From IMG/VR virus record IMGVR_UViG_3300045988_115142: a stretch of DNA of 64,000 bases. The stretch is one strand, 5' to 3'. Position numbers and translations under genes: made by a program. The notes beneath the pieces are model-generated. The model was not told the DNA's origin. It was given only the letters and a program-made list of their open reading frames with translations, and made no database searches. Below are positions 1 through 7,757 of this stretch, one piece after another. Source of the stretch: a virus. How positions within the stretch are numbered: the first letter of the stretch is position 1; every line of letters begins with the position of its first letter.

Positions 1-2757
1 AGTACCAGCAGGCATACCAGAATCGAAGTTAATAGAATTTCTATCTACTGTATATTTAGAAGGTTCTACATATTCACCATTAGCGAATAAAACCATAGTA
101 TTCGGATTCATATCAATAGGAGAGAACCCAGGTAAGTCAACAAAGTCAGCATAAGGCATAGTTAAACTAATAGGGTAGAAGTTTATAGAGAGTACTTTAT
201 TAGAAAGATTTTCTGCATAGATAAATTCAATCTTATCACCAGTTCTATTAAAGTCTTCTCTATGCATGATTACTAACTTATCTCTAGTAATACCATAATC
301 ATTAGGATCCATTAATTTACCATTGAAGAATACCATATAAGAATCAGGTATATTTGCTTTAGGTAAAGTAATAGGATTTTCTGCTTTAGATGTAATAGTA
401 TAAGTATAATGAGAAATCTTGATATTGTTAGATTCAAGTTTCTTTTTGTCGGTACAAACTACAGCAGTTACATCAGTACCAGCTTTAACTGTATCTGTAA
501 ATATAATATGAGAACCTTCAATAGTATAAGCATTAGACTTTTGAATTTGAGAATTCTTGAATACTAATACTGAACGGTTATCGATCATATTTAAATCACC
601 GAAGTCTACATCTGTAGTATCAGCAGCTACATTTACAGTCTTAGGTAAGTATTGGGTGGAGTTATTATCCGTAGGAATAGAATACATATAAGGTTTAGTT
701 GAGTAGTATGGGAATAAGAAGGTTACTTCTTCACCAATAATACACTCATCATCTTGGTCTAGGAATGTAATATACCATTTATCCCCATCTTTATAAGTAT
801 AATAAGTTTCAGGAGATTTAAACAAACCATGTTTAAATACAGCTACAGCACCTTGAGCAGATGCATCGTAGTCTTTAAATGGTAATGGAATTTCAAAAGT
901 AGTTTGCATATCACTAGTAGCATATGACATAATACTCTTGATAACCAAGTTATTAGTATATGATTCCAAACCCTTACCAGTATTCATACCTAAATAGAAT
1001 ACTTCTACTCTATCTGTAGGTTTAACTGTCTTCATAGTATAAATAACTTTGAAGTTGATCTTAGGTTCAGATAAAGTAGGAACTAGAGTCTTATAATAAA
1101 TGCTATTCAATAAACGACCATTGATAAACAATAAGAACTTATCTTGATTATAAGCACTATTGAAATATAGTGGTAAAGAAATAGCATTTGTTTCTTTTTT
1201 GATGTTTATCTTAGCGTATCTAAATTGGTTTACAGAACCTACATAGAGGTCTGTATTTATATATTCATCCTTAGGTAGTTTAACCTTACCTGTCTCATAA
1301 TCATATTTGATATTAAGAGGACACAAAGCATGATCACCTAGTTTATTAGTATATACTAATAACTCTTCTGGTGGAATATAATAATCAGATACGTTTAGAT
1401 ATGTTTCATCTGTCTTATGTTCTTGGTCTATAGGTAATACTTCATTACGTATATTTTTAATATACACGATCTCAATGAAGTCATTTACGCCAAGATTAGT
1501 AGGTTTGAATTTGAATGTATCGTGTTCATACACAATATCTTTATAGTACTCTGGAAGTTCATTGTTATGGAAGATCATTACATAAGTTTCATTATGGAAG
1601 TTAGACTTACCATAAATATCTCTACTCATTGTAACCCAACCATCAGCATCCATTCGTTTTACTATATCGGTATAAGTGTATTCACAACAATGCATCGTAC
1701 TATTCTTATCGAAGATAGGATCAAACTTATTCTTATCGTAGTCAAAGATATATTGAATAGAATTATTAATATTCTCTTCATATGATAATGATGGAAGATG
1801 TTTAAAGTCGAATTCTTTTTGCATCAACTTCCTATCTATAGTATCAATCCCTGGTACATCGGTGATAGTTTCTTCAGCAGCAATACGTCTAGCTAATACA
1901 TTATTAGGGAAACGATTGATATAATCTTCTGAATCAATACCTTCATCGAAGTAAGTGACTACTGCAGATACAGGATGAGTTCTGAAGAATGGATCATCTA
2001 TAGTCAATAAGTTCCCAGCATAAGTTACTACACGGTAGTATGTACTGAATTTACCATCAGGAGTAAATACAGCTACAGAACTACGAGGTATCTTCTTCTT
2101 AGTATTAATATCCAACTTGAATTTTCTAAATTCTTGATTACGATATACTAATACTTTAGCTTTAGGATGCAATGTACCGACTACGATATTACCAGTTGGG
2201 TCAAATAGACCTCGCTCATTAAATCTGAATTGAATCTTAGTACCATCTTTAGCATAACTATCTTCAGAATATGATACCTTTGTAGGAAGCATCAATATAG
2301 ATACATCTTTTGGTTCATAATCGTAGTCATAACCATCAATAATAGCAGTAAGGTGTTTATTAGACTTAACCAACTTCAATTTAGACCATGGGATAAATAC
2401 ATCATCTACAAATAATAAGAATGGTGTGATGTATTCCTTTTCTACTGCATCTAGCATTAGACTTTCAAAGAAGTCCGGAGAAGTTCTAGAATAAACATAG
2501 TTATTCTTGATATCATATAAGTGAAGGAATAAGTTCTTACGTCTATGAAGAGTTCTATACTTACCATCTTTGAAGTGAAGTTTATCTGTACTAAAGCCAG
2601 GCTTAACAAGATAAGGAACTAAACCAACTTGTACGTTGTCTATAGCTTCTGCAGCTTGGGTACGCTTATATTCGGTGAGAGATACTATATCGGAATAACG
2701 AGAGATCTCTTCTTCGGTATCTTTCCATTCATCTGGATTATGAACGTAGTTATCCAA
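1..2757 (-). CDS. virion structural protein (tail-fibre/baseplate-like); C-terminus lies beyond the left window edge
   Basis: Uninterrupted minus-strand frame of 919 codons, translated by hand. It is absent from the ORF track because there is no stop in the window. TTG at 2757 sits 10 nt after AAGGAG (2768-2773). At least 5 repeats of a (L/V)F-x-NG-x6-9-Y...I-x-F module, e.g. LFINGRLLNSIYY, VFFNGKLMDPNDYGITRDKLVI, LFANGEYVEPSKYTVDRNSINF. Confidence 0.6.
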   Translation of the reverse strand, partial: MDNYVHNPDEWKDTEEEISRYSDIVSLTEYKRTQAAEAIDNVQVGLVPYLVKPGFSTDKLHFKDGKYRTLHRRKNLFLHLYDIKNNYVYSRTSPDFFESLMLDAVEKEYITPFLLFVDDVFIPWSKLKLVKSNKHLTAIIDGYDYDYEPKDVSILMLPTKVSYSEDSYAKDGTKIQFRFNERGLFDPTGNIVVGTLHPKAKVLVYRNQEFRKFKLDINTKKKIPRSSVAVFTPDGKFSTYYRVVTYAGNLLTIDDPFFRTHPVSAVVTYFDEGIDSEDYINRFPNNVLARRIAAEETITDVPGIDTIDRKLMQKEFDFKHLPSLSYEENINNSIQYIFDYDKNKFDPIFDKNSTMHCCEYTYTDIVKRMDADGWVTMSRDIYGKSNFHNETYVMIFHNNELPEYYKDIVYEHDTFKFKPTNLGVNDFIEIVYIKNIRNEVLPIDQEHKTDETYLNVSDYYIPPEELLVYTNKLGDHALCPLNIKYDYETGKVKLPKDEYINTDLYVGSVNQFRYAKINIKKETNAISLPLYFNSAYNQDKFLLFINGRLLNSIYYKTLVPTLSEPKINFKVIYTMKTVKPTDRVEVFYLGMNTGKGLESYTNNLVIKSIMSYATSDMQTTFEIPLPFKDYDASAQGAVAVFKHGLFKSPETYYTYKDGDKWYITFLDQDDECIIGEEVTFLFPYYSTKPYMYSIPTDNNSTQYLPKTVNVAADTTDVDFGDLNMIDNRSVLVFKNSQIQKSNAYTIEGSHIIFTDTVKAGTDVTAVVCTDKKKLESNNIKISHYTYTITSKAENPITLPKANIPDSYMVFFNGKLMDPNDYGITRDKLVIMHREDFNRTGDKIEFIYAENLSNKVLSINFYPISLTMPYADFVDLPGFSPIDMNPNTMVLFANGEYVEPSKYTVDRNSINFDSGMPAGT

Positions 2758-2794
2758 TTTCTGTTATCTCCTTTCATAAAATAAAGCAAAGAAA

Positions 2795-2820
2795 GATGTA
2801 GGGTAATTATACCCTACATC
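2795..2820 (-). terminator. intrinsic terminator (minus strand)
   Basis: Palindrome GATGTAGGGTAATTATACCCTACATC, followed on the minus strand by TTTCTTTGCTTTAT. Confidence 0.7.
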
Positions 2821-2828
2821 ACCTTTAG

Positions 2829-3758
2829 CTAAGCAATTTCAGTATAAATAATATATTTACCGTAAGAAACTAGACTAGTACCAAGTACTTTTTCAATTGT
2901 CTTTTGATTGTTTAAGTATACACCACAGAAAGCATCTGTAATCATAGTAATCAAAGCAGGAACGTATTCAGCACCAAAGATAGTAGCAGGTCCATATAAA
3001 TACATCCATTTTTCAATGAATAAAGTTGTAGTTAAACGATCAAGTTTGAATGTTTCTTTAATAAACTCAATGAATGTAGGAAGATCTTTATAATCTTCTT
3101 CATTAGCTACGATAGAAAGAGTCTTAGCTTCAATAGGTCGAACACCAGCAGCTTTAGCAGCTAGTTCAATAACCTTATCTTCATTTACATCTAATTCTGC
3201 TACTGATTGAATGAAGTAACGAGCAGCATGATACATCATCTTATCTTTTTGACCAGGAATATTAGAAATATTACCTACGAAGTCAATAATATGAGTAAAT
3301 AGACGAGCATAGATGTAAGTTAAATCGATAAAGTTCTTACTTGTATTTACATAAGTCTTAGGGATTTTATTATAAACCATATTTACTTTAGCAGATACAA
3401 GATAAGCAATCAACGTTTCAATATTAGCATTGAAACGATTGTTCTTATTTGTTTTAACCAATCCAGTTACATCGATATAGATTTTCTTATTTCTTTTATC
3501 TCTACCATCGCCAGAGTAAATTACTTTAAATGGACGAGGGAAAGGTTTCTTTGGTACAAGAAGTACACAGTTTTCAGAAGTAAGAATCTTCATCAAATAA
3601 GCTGGAGCATTACTACGTTTTACTGGGCTAGCAATGTCTTCGATAAATTCCGTTGTGTTTTTATCTATTCTGGAACCATGCATAATTTCTTTAAGCATGT
3701 CTTGTTCATTTAGCTTATAGCTTTGAAAAATAAAGCCATCTGTAATAGATTTAGCCAC
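2829..3758 (-). CDS. hypothetical protein
   Basis: 309-aa ORF with GTG start, AAAGGA 9 nt upstream, followed by a minus-strand hairpin terminator. No motif recognised. Confidence 0.75.
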   Translation of the reverse strand: MAKSITDGFIFQSYKLNEQDMLKEIMHGSRIDKNTTEFIEDIASPVKRSNAPAYLMKILTSENCVLLVPKKPFPRPFKVIYSGDGRDKRNKKIYIDVTGLVKTNKNNRFNANIETLIAYLVSAKVNMVYNKIPKTYVNTSKNFIDLTYIYARLFTHIIDFVGNISNIPGQKDKMMYHAARYFIQSVAELDVNEDKVIELAAKAAGVRPIEAKTLSIVANEEDYKDLPTFIEFIKETFKLDRLTTTLFIEKWMYLYGPATIFGAEYVPALITMITDAFCGVYLNNQKTIEKVLGTSLVSYGKYIIYTEIA

Positions 3759-3888
3759 TATATATCATCCTTTCATTAAACGAAACGGGGGTATTTTAGT
3801 AATTTTACTACTATGTTTTTGTAATCTATTTGTACCGGCACATCATTATAAAATGCGAAAGTTTATAATTTTTAATAGGAGAATAAAA

Positions 3889-4230
3889 ATGGCTAATTTA
3901 TTAAAAGAGACTCTAGAAGTATTAGATAATTTAGGGATAAAAGAAGAAGAAGTAATATACGTTGTTAATAGAGAGAAACCTAAAGATTGTAAGTTTATGA
4001 CTTGGGAAATGTTTAAGGATATAGCTAGATATAAAACATACGATGAAGGTCTTGGTACTGTTGAGGTTAATACCGATATTATCATCTATACTGTCGACTA
4101 TATTCTATACCGTCATGAATATGATGGGGCAGAAAGATGGGAAGAAATCCCAACACCAGAACACATGCACGAATTATTATCCGGTAAATCACCAGAAATA
4201 TTCTCTATTGATGGTCATGATTTTTACTAA
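3889..4230 (+). CDS. hypothetical protein
   Basis: ORF-track frame 3853..4230. I prefer ATG 3889 (MANLLKE...), which has AGGAGA 6 nt upstream. Confidence 0.7.
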   Translation: MANLLKETLEVLDNLGIKEEEVIYVVNREKPKDCKFMTWEMFKDIARYKTYDEGLGTVEVNTDIIIYTVDYILYRHEYDGAERWEEIPTPEHMHELLSGKSPEIFSIDGHDFY

Positions 4231-4254
4231 ACTGGTTATCTTTTACAATAATTG

Positions 4255-4269
4255 TATATTATAATAATG
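4255..4269 (+). promoter_or_regulatory. variant motif TATATTATA-N3-ATG
   Basis: TATATTATAATAATG, then GGAGGAATAAG. Confidence 0.3.
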
Positions 4270-4287
4270 GGAGGAATAAGTCGAACA

Positions 4288-5052
4288 ATGGTCTTAAATA
4301 GTGATTTAACAAAATCTTATATCAAAATTATTGAAGATATTGTATTACAAGATAAAGATTTTAAAAGTAGTTACGAATGTAACGGTATCAAAGTCCCAAG
4401 AGTAACATCAGTTCTTGGGAGAACTATCCATGATGATTTTTTGATGTATTGGGCTAATAGTTTAGGATTTAAACGTCAAAGTTATAGAAAAGTATTAAAC
4501 CATGCAGCGAATATTGGTACAGAAGTACACAATTACCTTGCTAAACTTATAACTAATTCACCAAATCTAGAACCAGGTCATGATTTGATGCAGGAATCGG
4601 TTAATTGTATTGAATCGTTTGAAACTTGGTGGAGAATGCTTAATGACAAGCACAAAGTAACGGTATTAGGTTCTGAAAAGACTCTAACTTGTCCATACTT
4701 TGGTGGTACTTATGATTTACTACTATCAGTAGATGACAGAATCTTCTTAATGGACTTTAAGACTTCTAATCAAGTATCTTTTAAGTACTTCTTACAATTA
4801 GCAGCTTATAGATATCTTTTATGGTATTGTGAAGGTATTGAAGTTGATGGATTTACTATACTTCGAATGGATAAACGTGATAGTGTATTTGAAGTAGTTC
4901 ATTGTGATATGAATATACCAGAACAAGCTGAATTTATGGAATATTGTCATCAGATGTTCTTTAGTCTATTGACTTCCTATAACTATATCCTAAATATGGA
5001 GAATAAGTTCAAAGATATTTACAAGGAGCTAAAATGGTCGAACGCATTTTAA
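4288..5052 (+). CDS. PD-(D/E)XK (Cas4/RecB/lambda-Exo-like) nuclease, putative
   Basis: GGTYDLLLSVDDRIFLMDFKTS followed by QLAAY matches the D...(D/E)xK...QxxxY nuclease core. Start is uncertain: ATG 4288, 4267 or TTG 4252 are all in frame, and GGGAGGA lies at 4269-4275. Confidence 0.5.
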   Translation: MVLNSDLTKSYIKIIEDIVLQDKDFKSSYECNGIKVPRVTSVLGRTIHDDFLMYWANSLGFKRQSYRKVLNHAANIGTEVHNYLAKLITNSPNLEPGHDLMQESVNCIESFETWWRMLNDKHKVTVLGSEKTLTCPYFGGTYDLLLSVDDRIFLMDFKTSNQVSFKYFLQLAAYRYLLWYCEGIEVDGFTILRMDKRDSVFEVVHCDMNIPEQAEFMEYCHQMFFSLLTSYNYILNMENKFKDIYKELKWSNAF

Positions 5053-5561
5053 TAAGATATATAGTCGGTTATTCTATGACTATACAAAAACTAAGATGGT
5101 TTGCTCCTATTCTTTACTCTATAGTATTATGGTTCTATACTCTTAGCTTCAAATCCACTATAAAGCGATTATTTAAGAGAAATAATCTCTATTGGGCAGC
5201 ATTATGGACTTTTGAGTTAAGTAAAAATAATACTAAGACACATAGCCTATATCTAAATAAACCTATTGGTAGTAAGCTTAAGTATAATATGATTAGGTTT
5301 GTAGGACCAAGTTATAAAGTAACTAAAGATGATATGTACTTTATCGATATCGGTATATTTAGAAACCGTTTGATGAGATATAAGGTCTGTCCTTATGATG
5401 ATGATAGAGTTTCTTGGTCATTATATGAATTAAAACCGAATAGGTATATAGATTCAGGTAATTATAGATTACCTCAATTAGAATCTGAAATAACCAATGA
5501 GTTAGTAGAAATATGTGTACAACTATTCTTAGAACAAGCTAATGAAATTTATAATAAGTAA
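5034..5561 (+). CDS. hypothetical protein with N-terminal hydrophobic segment
   Basis: 175-aa ORF with AAGGAG 5 nt upstream of the ATG. It overlaps the upstream gene by 19 nt and is followed by a terminator hairpin. Confidence 0.65.
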   Translation: MVERILIRYIVGYSMTIQKLRWFAPILYSIVLWFYTLSFKSTIKRLFKRNNLYWAALWTFELSKNNTKTHSLYLNKPIGSKLKYNMIRFVGPSYKVTKDDMYFIDIGIFRNRLMRYKVCPYDDDRVSWSLYELKPNRYIDSGNYRLPQLESEITNELVEICVQLFLEQANEIYNK

Positions 5562-5577
5562 TTTTGCGAAAAAGCCT

Positions 5578-5601
5578 CCGTTACCAGATATCTGGTAACG
5601 G
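5578..5601 (+). terminator. intrinsic terminator
   Basis: CCGTTACCAGATATCTGGTAACGG, then GACTTTTATC. Confidence 0.7.
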
Positions 5602-5650
5602 GACTTTTATCATAAAATTCTCTTCCGGTTTTTCTAAACCGGCAAAATAA

Positions 5651-5664
5651 ACCAAGAACCAAGA
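5651..5664 (+). repeat. tandem ACCAAGA x2
   Basis: ACCAAGAACCAAGA. The first copy is part of an 11-bp complement to 5894-5904. Confidence 0.7.
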
Positions 5665-6083
5665 ATTGACTTATAAAGTTTGTAGTTAATTCTATAGATT
5701 GAGATAATCTACAGTGTGTATTTATAATGTATTTAGCTTTTTTCTGATTTGTCTTATATATGATTTTGATAAGTTTACAGTTTATCTAAAATAAATAAGA
5801 AATGTGGTTAAGTCTAATTCTATTACATCATCTTATTCCATATCAAAAATATAAAAGGTAATGTGATGTTTTGCGAATATGAATAAAATGAAGGGTTCTT
5901 GGTTATGAATTATTAGAAGTATAACAGGGTAATCGTTTAGATTGTTGTTTGACGTATTATAAATGAAAGATGGTCTAAATCGTTACCACAATTATATTCT
6001 AATTATTTATATGTAAATTGATGTAATAAAAAATAAAGTAGGGTGGTCTACTCCATATGGAGTAGACCGAGTACACACATCAT

Positions 6084-6203
6084 TAGTTTGGAGCAGCAAT
6101 GTACGCTTAAGGAAGAAGATACTAGTTTGGCATTAAACGTACAGTATTAAGAGTCATGTTAAGTAGTGTAAGACAGAAAGGTCCACAAGGAGCTTTAGTT
6201 TGG
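6084..6203 (+). repeat. three direct copies of TAGTTTGG (iteron-like)
   Basis: Copies at 6084-6091, 6123-6130 and 6196-6203, read directly from the sequence. Confidence 0.7.
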
Positions 6204-6521
6204 CCATCAAACAAACTAAAGTATTATATTATCTATAAGGAAAGTTACTATAAACGAACAACAGTAGTTATTTAAGCATAGGAGTTTTTATAGACCTGAT
6301 TTTAAATATGTTAATCAACTAAAAACCATATTTAAAACCAACACGAACGGTCTATATCATGTCAAGTATCTTTTTAGTCAGCAGGCTAAAAACGAATATA
6401 AACTAATCACCAAATTTATATTCTTGTAAGTTCACATTTGTTATGGCTGTGTAAAACAAAATGTGACTGATTAAGGTATATATTTTATAAGAGGAAACAA
6501 AACTAGTATCTTTCTTCCTTA
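6108..6521 (+). ncRNA. candidate large structured RNA domain (unclassified)
   Basis: A 21-bp helix (6108-6128 with 6500-6521, one bulged T) encloses at least 5 hairpins with 7-11 bp stems. No ORF in the region. The strand guess rests on G-U pairs in neighbouring stems. Confidence 0.3.
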
Positions 6522-6602
6522 CAATATAGTTCTCAAATTAAAATGTAAAGTTGCTCTAACACGACCATAAGAGACACTTTAAGACAATTTTAGGGGGATA
6601 AT

Positions 6603-7727
6603 ATGCAAGATTTTTTCGTTGAAGCCCATATATCGGATATACATTTTGGAGCTATGGATCCAAAAGAGCAATATAAACTGTTAAAAGACCAATTCATAGA
6701 TCGGCTTATGACCCTACCGATTCTAGATATAGTATCGGTTAATGGTGATATTTTTCATCATAAATTTATGGCTAACTCTGAGTCTGTTTCGTTAGCTTGT
6801 TATTTTATTTCTGATTTGATCAAAGTATGTGCAATCAAAAATGCTACATTGTTAATTATTGCCGGTACTTACTCCCATGATGCGGATCAAATAAAATTAT
6901 TCTACCCTATGGCTGAACAAGCTATAGCAAATGGGACAGACGTTCGGATTATCGAAGAAGTTAAATTCGAAACAGTCAAAGGTAAAAGAATTCTATGTAT
7001 TCCAGAATTATATGGAAAAGGTTCTGAATACTATGAGCAATTCTTATACCAATCTGGATTCTATGATGCATGTTATATGCATGGTACATTCGTAGGTGCT
7101 ATCTTTGGTAAAGATATACCTAATTTGAATTCAGATAGAGAACCAGTATTCTATATGGATCATTTCAGACACTGTGCTGGTCCAATTATATCTGGTCATG
7201 TGCATACACCTGGGTGTTATGCAAAACATTTCTACTATTGTGGTTCTCCATATAGATGGCAATTTGGTGAGGAAGAAGAAAAAGGATTCATCATCATGAT
7301 GCAAGATATGAGAACTCGACAATATGCCGTTCATTATGAACCAATCATATCTGATAAGTATATTACTATCAATATGGATTCCATGATTAATGGAGACCCT
7401 AAAGATATGATAGCATATATTGCTCAAACTATGAAAGAAGAAGATATTAAATATCTTCGAGTTCGATTTACTGAGAGCAATCCAGAGAATTTAGAGATTA
7501 TTCAGACATTTTATCGGAATAATCCTAACGTAAAAATCGAAACTAAAATTCATAATGACAATATAGTACAGAATCTTCAAGAGATTCAAAACGAGTACGA
7601 AAATTATGATTATCTATTCGATAAGAATATTACGCCGGAGAATAAATTGGTTCGATATATTAATCAATCCGAGGGAAGCGTATTTTTGACTTACGAAGAT
7701 TTAATCGGAATCTTACAAAATATTTAA
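6603..7727 (+). CDS. Mre11/SbcD-family (T4 gp47-like) metallophosphoesterase nuclease
   Basis: Calcineurin-like motifs in order: HISDIHFG, NGDIFHH, IAGTYSHD, MHGTF, SGHVHTPG. SD AGGGGG sits 5 nt upstream. Confidence 0.75.
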   Translation: MQDFFVEAHISDIHFGAMDPKEQYKLLKDQFIDRLMTLPILDIVSVNGDIFHHKFMANSESVSLACYFISDLIKVCAIKNATLLIIAGTYSHDADQIKLFYPMAEQAIANGTDVRIIEEVKFETVKGKRILCIPELYGKGSEYYEQFLYQSGFYDACYMHGTFVGAIFGKDIPNLNSDREPVFYMDHFRHCAGPIISGHVHTPGCYAKHFYYCGSPYRWQFGEEEEKGFIIMMQDMRTRQYAVHYEPIISDKYITINMDSMINGDPKDMIAYIAQTMKEEDIKYLRVRFTESNPENLEIIQTFYRNNPNVKIETKIHNDNIVQNLQEIQNEYENYDYLFDKNITPENKLVRYINQSEGSVFLTYEDLIGILQNI

Positions 7728-7757
7728 TTTTAATTCTTGGGAAGGAATTGTGGTACG

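Noticed and set aside
1522-1785. Plus-strand 87-aa ORF in the first 2.7 kb.
   Set aside because: It is embedded antisense within the continuous 919-codon minus-strand structural gene. It has no SD and a hydrophobic nonsense-like sequence.
5666-5695. TTGACT at 5666-5671 as the -35 of a promoter for the structured region.
   Set aside because: The best -10 candidates at 17-18 nt spacing (ATTCTA, TTCTAT) are poor. The site also lies downstream of the 5' arm of the proposed 5650/5894 helix. Not supportable.
5921-5933. ATAACAGGGTAAT, identical to 13 of the 18 nt of the I-SceI homing-endonuclease site (TAGGGATAACAGGGTAAT), itself part of a conserved large-subunit rRNA sequence.
   Set aside because: The 5' third of the site does not match (GAAGT rather than TAGGG). 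There is no flanking rRNA-like sequence and no LAGLIDADG/HNH/GIY-YIG gene in the window. GGTAAT is also used in a local 14-bp stem. I treat it as coincidence, though it costs nothing to check.
6045-6068. Perfect hairpin GGTCTACTCC-ATAT-GGAGTAGACC as a terminator, possibly for a minus-strand transcript.
   Set aside because: There is no T-tract directly after the stem on either strand; the minus-strand T-run starts 7-8 nt away. I kept it only as part of the structured-region finding.
5562-6602. tRNA genes in the large ORF-free region. Jumbo phages often carry tRNA clusters.
   Set aside because: I found no GTTCGAAT/GGTTCRANYC-type T-arm and no cloverleaf with a 7-bp acceptor stem. The stems are longer and differently spaced than in tRNAs.
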